NCBI GenBank assembly: GCA_964019335.1
Contig: OZ025712.1
Coordinates: 434,001-498,000 of the forward strand
DNA length: 64,000 nucleotides
Source: Diplonema japonicum
Lineage: Eukaryota; Protista; Euglenozoa: Diplonemea
Direction of reading: 5' to 3'
Shown here in pieces: positions 54,719 to 63,221 of this stretch. Position 1 is the stretch's first letter; each line of letters begins with the position of its first letter. Both the position numbers and the translations under genes were made by a program. Under the pieces are notes generated by a model. It saw only the letters and a program-made list of their open reading frames with translations, was not told where the DNA came from and ran no database searches.

Positions 54719-56345
54719 ATGTCTGCCACACGCAACGTTATCGTGCGTGGGCTTAGGTACCACCAGAAGGGCAGCCCGTCGGCTGTGCTGAAAAAAGAAG
54801 AGTGGGTGACACCGTTCAACAAAACTTCTAGCGATGTTGTTGTGAAGATGGAAGCAAGCCCTGTGCACCACCACGACAAGTGGATGATTCAGGGGAGATG
54901 CGGGGGTTTGGAGCACCAGGGCAGCCCGAAGGTGGGGGGAAGCGAAGGTGTTGGCATCGTAAGTGAAGCAGGTGCAGGATGCAAATTTCTCAAAAAAGGC
55001 GACCGTGTGATTTTCAACAATCAGACTGTGGGGACCTGGGCTGACAAAGTTGTCACAGGCGAGAACAACCTGGATAGGGTGCCACTGGACATGCAGCCAG
55101 AGGACATGGCCATGATGAACGTTTATGGCACTGCGTGGAGAATGGTGAATGACTACGGGAAGATCAAACCTGACGATGTGTGCTGGGTGATTGGTGGTGG
55201 TGCTGTTGCACAAGCGACAGCGTGCCTGCTGCAGCAGAAGGGTGCCAAAGTGTTCATGATCATGAGGGCTGGCAGACCTAACGAAGGTGCTGTGCACCAG
55301 TCGATACGTAAGCACCTCCCTACCACCACCACCATCAAGGCTTCGCTACTCACGCAAAAAGTGATGAGGACCATCACGTCCGATATCCCGAAGCCCTCTT
55401 TCATCTTCAATGGCTCAGGTGGCGACACACTACGCGAGTCCCTTCGCTACGCAGGTGACTCGTGCAAAGTGATTTCCTTCGGGAATATGTCCCGTCAACC
55501 GCTCTCGGTCTCAGTGGGGAGACACATCTATCAAGACATCCAGCTGCTGACCTTTTGGTACTCGCGATACCTTGCAACCTCGTCGAGGGAGGACAGGGAG
55601 GCCATGTACAGCAGCATCGCAGAAATGATGAGAACAGGTGCCCATGGTAACACTTACGGTTCGGAGTGGCAGCTTGCAAGCAGGCTGGTATGAAAGTCAA
55701 GAGGGAAATAAAAAACTGCAGTTTGTGCGTGCCGAGCGATACAACTTTGACACGCAGCACGAAGACGCTTTGACCAACTCTACGCTGCTTTTCACCAACA
55801 GAAAGGTCTGTTTTCATAATTTGAACACTAACCATTTGACAGCCCGTTTTGAGATTTGGCGAGGAGTACACGTACACGCACAGTGGCGAGTGGTTCAAGG
55901 AACACGAGTTCTTCCTTCCTGAGGACTCCCAGTATGTGAAAAACATGGAGCACGCCACTGCTGAGAGACTGAAAGGTGAACACAAATCTGTGGTATGCGT
56001 GATGTGCAAAGGAAACGTTTACAACTACACAGGAGAATGGGGGCCCAGTGCTGCTGGATCAGTTCAATGCCTTGTGGGACAGCAAAGAGGCAACAGAGAT
56101 CCGAAAGGGAATGAAGGCCTGGAACCAGAGGCTTGATAACACGGAGCTGCTTGAGGTATGCTGTGGTGGCTCCATTTCATGTTGACACACAGGACACGTA
56201 TGAGCGATACCTTGAGACACAGGCTGCGAAATACAACATCAACTTGAACGTTGAAACGAGGAAGAAGGGACAACTCAGTCACAATCCTCACATGGAATGC
56301 TTCTTCCCTGATGATGACGCTCTTGTTTCAAAGACTCTCAACTAG
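54719..56345 (+). CDS. Mitochondrial trans-2-enoyl-thioester reductase (MECR/Etr1)-like MDR protein with C-terminal extension
   Basis: V.VKMEASPV..D..MIQG, GGSEGVG.V, GDRV, GTW, N..TAWRM; introns 55688-55721, 55806-55842, 55993-56032 and 56156-56192 give a continuous frame to TAG 56345. Confidence 0.8.
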
Positions 56346-56733
56346 AATCAGCTTTTTTCTTCTTTGTTTTATTCCCTACAACCACGCTTGGCATCATGCA
56401 TGCAGAAATAAACTCTGGGTTTGTGCCCTCCTTTGTTTTTTATTTTCAGTGTCTGGGAAGGGGTGTTATTAGGAAACCAACAGGGACCCCCACTCTTTTT
56501 TCACAGGAGCGAAATGTAACATTAAACCTGTCCCCTTTTCTTTTATTTTGGCGTATTTTTGTTCACCCCTTTTCTTTTCCTGTTTCCTCTTTATTTCATT
56601 TCTTTGAAGTGTCACCTCTGCCCCAGTGTGCCCCCTGGTTATGTAACTATCTTTCTTTCTTGTTATTGTTTTTTGGTTGTATTCAACCGTCTCATGCATC
56701 GACCCGCCATTTACTCGGTTGGCCCCGGCGTGA

Positions 56734-56807
56734 GTTCCCATGGTCTAGTTGGTTATGACGTCGCCTTAACACGGCGAAGGTCTCCGGTTCGAACCCGGAT
56801 GGGAATA
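56734..56807 (+). tRNA. tRNA-Val(AAC)
   Basis: Cloverleaf GTTCCCA/TGGGAAT; anticodon arm TCGCC-TTAACAC-GGCGA; GTTCGAA T-loop; T-run terminator. Confidence 0.95.
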
Positions 56808-57106
56808 TTTTTTGAAAGATGCTAGAAGAATGCGAAAAACTCTTACAGAGCACGTGGGAGTGTGCCCCTGCGAGACAAGCGCAGCAGGAAAGTGTGTACG
56901 CGGGCACCAACCAGCACACCGATTGACGCCGGAGCTCCACTGCGCCTCTCGCCTTGGCGAGGTTGAGAGATCGTGCCTCCTCACAGGCTCCTCTCCATGA
57001 CAACCAGCGCACCGCAAAAAAATAGATCAAGTTGCCTCTAGGCAACCAGTTAGAACCGTCCCAGGGTTTCCGATACAAGTGCACTTATAGCAAAAAAAAA
57101 CCGTAA

Positions 57107-57179
57107 GGGGGTGTAGCTCAAATGGTAGAGCGCTCGCTCAGCATGCGAGAGGTAGAGGGATCGATGCCCTCCATCTCCA
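57107..57179 (+). tRNA. tRNA-Ala(AGC), C at position 33
   Basis: GGGGGTG/CATCTCC with G3:U70; arm CTCGC-TCAGCAT-GCGAG; ATCGATG T-loop typical of eukaryotic Ala; T5 terminator. Confidence 0.93.
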
Positions 57180-57256
57180 CTCTTTTTCTGGTGTCTTCTT
57201 GCATCTAAGGCCTTGTGTTTCATCACAAACAATGGATTCTCGCAAACAAAATTCGT

Positions 57257-60200
57257 AAAGGAGGGCATTGATGTCGTGATGTACGCAGACAACATTGCGG
57301 TGGTGCTGCACGAAAAAGACCTGGACAGCTTGAATGGAAAACTGATGAAGATCCTGAGGGTTGTGGAGAGCTGGTGCTCGAGAAACTCGATGGTGATCTC
57401 CAAGGGAAAGACAGAGTTCCTTCCCGTTGCTGGCATCTCCTATCCACAGAGAACACTGAAGGGGAAGATCGGAGCAACTTTCAGGACCAGTCTTCAGATA
57501 CTGCTTGGGCGTGTACGGGTCATTTCTCCTGAGCGGGAGGAACACGCCCCACGAAGGCATCAAGAAGCTTCAATACAGGGCAGCGGTGAAGATCACAGGC
57601 TGCATCGAGTCATCAGAGACATTCGCGACACTGAACGAAGCGGGGCTGTGGACCCTGGATGCGCTGATCGAGCACGACAGCCTGTTGCTCTACGAGTCAC
57701 TGATGAGAAAAGTGCCGCATATCAGGCGACTCAGCCTCTGGAGGATCTGACCAGGTACGAGAAGCTCCTACCAAGGGGACTTGGTCTGACAAACAGAGAG
57801 AGGCATCGAAAGCCTACAAACTCCCAGAGAGGACGGGCACCACCTCACTCGGGCGCCGTCTTCATGAGGAGACTCGCGGTTGCACCCTGGCAAAGATTCG
57901 AGGGGCAACTCGTGCTCTCCCCCTTCCTCGACACGCAGGTGAAAAGGACGGACCCAAAAGAGGTCAGGAAAGAGAACAACGAACACCCTGAACAGGTTAT
58001 GCGAGAAGCACGGCCTGTGCAGTCGGTGATACGGAAGATGTGCCAGGGACACATGTCGGCAGCCTCCAAAGATGACTACGAGCTCTGGCGGGAGGTCGCG
58101 AGCTTGACAGACAGAGGCCACAAGCTAATCGTTCAATACGTCCCGAGTCACTGCGGGTACAAGTGGAACGAGAAGGCGGACCAGAAGGCAAAAGAGGCGA
58201 GCGAAAGATGGCCCACACCCGTGAGACAGACATTGAGGTGGTTAAAACTCTGGTCAGGAAACATGTCATCAGAAGCCACCTCCGCCTATGGAAGGATACT
58301 AAGACGTACAGGGAGCTGTTTGCCGGAAGTTTCGAGAAGTTCGAGGAGCTGGACAGAAAAAAAGAAGTGGCGATCATGAGGGAAGAGCCACTCACTTGCG
58401 GATACCTACTCATACCCCCAGTCGAGGAGGTCCCGTGCCATCTATGTTCGCATCCTCAGACTCTAAGCCACCTCCTACGGGAATGCCAAGACGAAAAGAG
58501 GATCGACCAAAGGAGTCAGATCTTCGGTAGACACCCACAGCAATTGTTTCTAACTCAATCTCTCGACTCTGGCTTCACTCCTATCCTTTCTTTTCACCTC
58601 CCTCCCCAATGTCTTCCCTTATTTTCCATTACCAGGCCCCTGTCCCCCGCCCCCAGTGTTATTCAAATTTTTCTCTCACCTTTCATATAGAAAGAAAAAA
58701 GAGTCGGTTGATTGTTGTTTGTGCACAGCCGGGATTAACCTGTAGAAGGATAAGCCCAACAATGCTACCACTACTCTTTTTAGCAATAACAATTCATTAT
58801 CAATATATTGTTTTTCTTGTTCATGCAAAAAAGAAAAAAAAAAGAAGAAAAAAGAAGGACAGATGATTCAAGCTTCGGTAGGTGAATTCCTTTATTCTGA
58901 GAAAAAAAAAGAAGAAGAAAAAAAAAATTGAAGAACGAAACTTAATTGAACTTTTGGCTCCCGAAGCCCAACAAGTCCAGCAGATGGTGGAGTTTCACAG
59001 TCAGCTGGTTAATTTTTCACAATTGAAACTCCTCCAAAGTTCTTAAAATCTGGGAGGTCGTCTCTTGTTACTAGAGGCGGCTAATGCCTCGAGACCCAGG
59101 TGCTGCCTGGTGGTGGGATCGGTTTTATTTTAACCCATAACACTCCAAGGCGCAAATATTTGTCGTTTTGAAAAATCGGGGGGGCTTGGGGTCTACTGTC
59201 CTCTCAAGCGTAAGAGATATGGCATAAAAATATACTGCCTAAACTGCGTGAGCACGGGTTATCTTTCGCGTTTTCACATCCACGCCACCAAAAACGAGGG
59301 GCACGCACTTGAAGATTTCAATGTCGTGGAAAAGGTGGTGCTGGGGTTAACGGGGAATTTTCGGGGAACGACAACACGGTAGTTTGCAATAACTACTTTT
59401 CGACTGTGGGTCTGGCCGAAGCCCTGTGAAAAAACTGTGAGGGGGCTTGCATTTCGTTGGAGTGTTGCGGACTCTTCTGGTGGGCCCTAGAAGTGACAAT
59501 AGTTAACTGCCTTGCACTTTAAATAAAATATGGTTAAGGTTCAGCCAAAGAGATACAAAACCCTGGCTGCTTTTAAAGAGCGCTTTCGAGAGAGCCTAAT
59601 TGATGGGTCCAGCGTTGCAAAAACACCACTCCCGGCACCCAACTAGTGGAGCACACACCCGACACCCCAGATTACACCAAACGTGACCACCAACCACTCA
59701 AAGGGGGCAACTCCAGGGTCTGCAGGTTGAAAGGATGCACAAAACGCACAATCTACAAATGCTACACCTGTAACCAACACCTCTGTCCAAATAAGTGCTT
59801 TTTTCGTACCACTCTTCCATCACCCCAAAAAGGCTTCTTGACGATTTCGAGGCCGATATTCCACCCGCAAATAGGCACTTCTCTCGGTCTGAGACATCTG
59901 AGGGGTCCTGATGCTCAATTTACACCCCCCCGTGCACAACCCATTTTGACATGGTCGTTTTTGAGCACCCTACGGCCATTCAACTCTTCATCCCCTTTGT
60001 ATTTTTATTAATTTTTGAGCTTTTTTTTAAATTTTCCTGGTCCAAAAAACCCGTTTTACCTGCAAACGTAAATGCTGCCATTTTACCCGTCAAATTATGA
60101 AAAGGAGCAAAAAAGGGACCCCTATGTAGATAGGCCCCGGAGTGTTATGGGTTAAAATGAAAAGAGCGTGGTGAGGGGGTCCAAGTAATTTACTACAGGG

Positions 60201-60360
60201 AGCAGCGGACCAGGACCCCTCGACCAATGGCTCAGCAACAGAGACTGCTTTTCACGAATCACTTTCATACACTTCTAGTGATGTCCCTTTCCCCTTTCCC
60301 TTGAATTGTTTTCTCTACTCCCCTTCGATCCTCCCGCCTGGTAGTGGAATATTTATTATT
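57257..60360 (+). mobile_element. 5'-truncated, decayed Ingi/I-like non-LTR retrotransposon, copy 1 (with nested piggyBac)
   Basis: MYADNI..W...N.MVISKGKTE (RT), partial RNase H, C2HC knuckle, frameshifts and deletions relative to copy 2; ends ...GGAATATTT(ATT)2; degenerate TSD 57243-57256 / 60361-60375. Confidence 0.85.
59134..60151 (+). mobile_element. Internally deleted piggyBac transposon (1018 bp)
   Basis: TTAA-CCCATAACACTCC ... GGAGTGTTATGGG-TTAA; remnants KRYGIKIYCLNCVSTGYLSRF and VVCNNYFST..LAEAL plus Cys-rich CRLKGC..KCYTCNQHLCPNKCF; absent from the homologous site at ~62510. Confidence 0.93.
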
Positions 60361-60376
60361 CGAACAGAATCTCGTC

Positions 60377-60449
60377 GCCTCCCTAGCTCAGTCGGTAGAG
60401 CGCAAGGCCCTTAACCTTGTGGTCGCGGGTTCGAGCCCCGCGGGAGGTG
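60377..60449 (+). tRNA. tRNA-Lys(CTT), C at position 33
   Basis: GCCTCCC/GGGAGGT; arm CAAGG-CCCTTAA-CCTTG; GCGGG-TTCGAGC-CCCGC; T5 terminator. Confidence 0.93.
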
Positions 60450-60797
60450 TTTTTAATCTATTGTGATGTGGGATATTTCGGTCATCTTGGTTATGTAAGG
60501 GGTGTCCTTTCCCGTGAAATTTTTGGAATTTTTGACATGAGGTTTGTCCGGTTCGACCTCACCCTCGACTTCGACGGGTTTGCATGGCCAGATCTGGAAG
60601 GCTGGAAGGCGAAGGGGGACGTCGAGGGGACATCCTCTTCTCAACCCGGCGGACGGAAGCAAGCGAAGGCCCTTCGGTGCCAGTCGCTTGATCAGTGTTG
60701 GGAAGTCCCATACAGGAGGGTTCAATTCAAAATCAAGAATTGTTGTTCCATTTTATTAAGTTTTATTATGTGATAGTGTATCAGACCTACCTCATAC

Positions 60798-62737
60798 CGC
60801 CATGCCGCATACCAGGCGACTCAGCCTCTGGAGGATCTGACCAGGTACGAGAAGCTCCTACCAAGGAGGACTTGGTCTGACAAACAGAGAGAGGCATCGA
60901 AAGCCTACAAACTCCCAGAGAGGACGGGCACACCTCACTCGGGCGCCGTCTTCATGAGGAGACTCGCGGTTGCACCCTGGCAAAGATTCGAGGGGCAACT
61001 CGTGCTCTCCCCCTTCCTAGACACGCAGGTGAAAAGGACGGACCCAAAAGAGGTCAGGAAAGAGGCAACAACGAACACCCTGAACAGGTTATGCGAGAAA
61101 CACGGCCGGGCTTTCTGCATGGTGTTCACAGACGGGTCCGTAAAGGATGGGAAAAACGGAGGCTCGGCCGCCATCCTGCTGCACAACGGGTCCGATGCTG
61201 CCTACGGGATCAGCGGTGGACTGTATTCGACATCCTACAAATGCGAACTCAGGGCCCTGAGGCTAGGGATCCGACTGGCGACAAGACTCTCAGAGAGGAA
61301 GCTTGCAAGCCAAGGGATGGTTCTGATATGCACAGATTCGCAGTCGGTGATACGGAAGATGTGCCAGGGACACATGTCGGCAGCCTCCAAAGATGACTTC
61401 GAACTCTGGCAGGAGGTCGCGAGCTTGACAGGCAGAGGCCACAAGCTAATCGTTCAATACGTCCCGAGTCACTGCGGGTACAAGTGGAACGAGAAGGCGG
61501 ACCAGAAGGCAAAAGAGGCGAGCGAAAGACTGGCCCACACCCGTGAGACAGACATTGAGGTGGTTAAAACTCTGGTGAGGAAGCATGTCATCAGAAGCCA
61601 CCTCCGCCTATGGAAGGATACTGGCGTCACAAAGACGTACAGGGAGCTGTTTGCCGGAAGTTACGAGAAGTTCGAGGAGCTGGACAGAAAGAAAGAAGTG
61701 GCGATCATGAGGCTGAGGGTGGGGAAGAGCCCACTCACTTGCGGATACCTACTCATACCCCCAGTCGAGGAGGTCCCGTGCCATCTATGTTCGCAACCCC
61801 AGACTCTAAGCCACCTCCTACGGGAATGCCAAGACGGAAAGAGGATCGACCAAAGGAGTCAGATCTTCGGTAGCTCCCTTCCTTCCCTCAAAGTCCTCCT
61901 GTCGACCGACGCCTGTAAGACCGCCCAGCTCTTGGAGCGGCAGGGAACATTGTGAAAAAACTTATAAATTATAATATGTTATACTCTCCAAACATTGAGG
62001 TCTGAAGTTGTTAAACGACTTCAGACAGCAATTGTTTCTAACTCAATCTCTCGACTCTGGCTTCACTCCTATCCTTTCTTTTCACCTCCCTCCCCAGTGT
62101 CTTCCCTTATTTTCCATTACCAGGCCCCTGTCCCCCGCCCCCAGTGTTATTCAAATTTTTCACTCACCTTTCATATAGAAAGAAAAAAGAAAAAAAAAAA
62201 AAAAGAAAAAAAAGAAGGACAGATGATTCAAGCTTCGGTGTACACAATCGAGCTTGATTTGAATTCCTTTATTTTGAGAAAAAAAAAAAAAAAAAAAAAA
62301 CTGAAGAACGAAACTTAATTGAATTGAATTTATTGGCTCCCGAAAGCCCAACAAGTCCAGCAGACGGTGGAGTTTCACAGTCAGCTGGTTAATTTTTCAC
62401 AATTGAAACTCCTCCAAAGTTCTTAAAATCTGGGAGGTCGTCTCTTGTTACTAGAGGCGGCTAATGCCTCGAGACCCAGGTGCTGCCTGGTGGGTGGGAT
62501 CGGTTTTATTTTATTATGAAAAGAGCGTGGTGAGGGGGTCCAAGTAATTTACTACAGGGAGCAGCGGACCAGGACCCCTCGACCAATGGCTCAGTAACAG
62601 AGACTGCTTTTCACGAATCACTTTCAAACACCTCTCTTGGTTTGAAGTGATGTCCCTTTCCCTTTCCCTTGAATGGTTTTCTCTACTCCCCTTCGATCCT
62701 CCCGCCTGGTAGTGGAATATTTATTATTATTATTATT
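60798..62737 (+). mobile_element. 5'-truncated Ingi/I-like non-LTR retrotransposon, copy 2 (RNase H + C2HC, ~780-nt 3' UTR, (ATT)n tail)
   Basis: ORF 60954..61955: FTDGS, ELRAL, TDSQS, YVPSHCG..NEKAD (RNase H) and CHLC..TLSHLLREC; TSD ACCTACCTCA(T/A)AC at 60785-60797 and 62738-62750. Confidence 0.92.
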
Positions 62738-62752
62738 ACCTACCTCAAACAT

Positions 62753-63090
62753 TATTTTCACACTCACCAATGATTCGCTCAATAGGAGCAATACCTCCCT
62801 GGGGGGCTTTCCGCCGGAGGTTCCAGCCAAAGAAGGACATCCAGCTGGAAGGTAGGCCCCCGTTTTTCTCTCACTTGACTGAGGGAATAATGTAATTCAG
62901 CCCTCTTCGGCTGTCCCAAAGCAGAGCACGGGTTGGTGGGGGACCAGGGCTCCTCCTGCTTGCAGAAGCCTGGTCCATTGCCCTCCCTATTTCCCCATGG
63001 TTTCCCTTCACCTTTTTTTCCCCTTTTCTCAGGTGTTGCTCTCCATGGCGGCCCTGCATTGGTATTTTGAAAAAAAAAAAAAAAAAAAAA
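62753..63090 (+). mobile_element. SINE-like or 5'-truncated retroposon (~340 bp, poly-A tail)
   Basis: Flanked by a perfect 12-bp direct repeat TACCTCAAACAT (62741-62752, 63091-63102); ends in A21. Confidence 0.8.
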
Positions 63091-63102
63091 TACCTCAAAC
63101 AT

Positions 63103-63174
63103 GTCCGTGTGGCTCAATGGAAGAGCGCCTGACTACGAATCAGGCGGTTGCAGGTTCGAGTCCTGCCTCGGATG
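63103..63174 (+). tRNA. tRNA-Arg(ACG)
   Basis: GTCCGTG/CTCGGAT (one T:T mismatch at 6:67); arm CCTGA-CTACGAA-TCAGG; GCAGG-TTCGAGT-CCTGC; T7 terminator. Confidence 0.93.
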
Positions 63175-63221
63175 TTTTTTTCAATCATTCACCACCACAG
63201 TTATTTAACAAAGTTATCAAA

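Noticed and set aside
9517-56345. Apparent frameshifts or premature stops suggesting pseudogenes, recoding or an alternative genetic code
   Set aside because: All resolve with short GT-AG introns; TAA, TAG and TGA all act as normal stops at conserved C-termini.
56884-57089. RNase P/MRP-like motifs (GGAAAGTG ... ACAAGTGCACTTA)
   Set aside because: Could not build a canonical bulged P4 or P1, and there is no T-run terminator on the + strand.
60460-60780. Possible fourth insert (TGTGAT-like direct repeats, hairpin CAAGCGA..TTCG..TCGCTTG) downstream of tRNA-Lys
   Set aside because: The repeat match is too weak and there is no recognisable homology; left unannotated.
57713-62737. Simple segmental duplication of a LINE plus flank
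   Set aside because: The shared sequence ends at an (ATT)n tail, and each copy has its own TSD and a different 5' truncation point, which favours independent retrotransposition.
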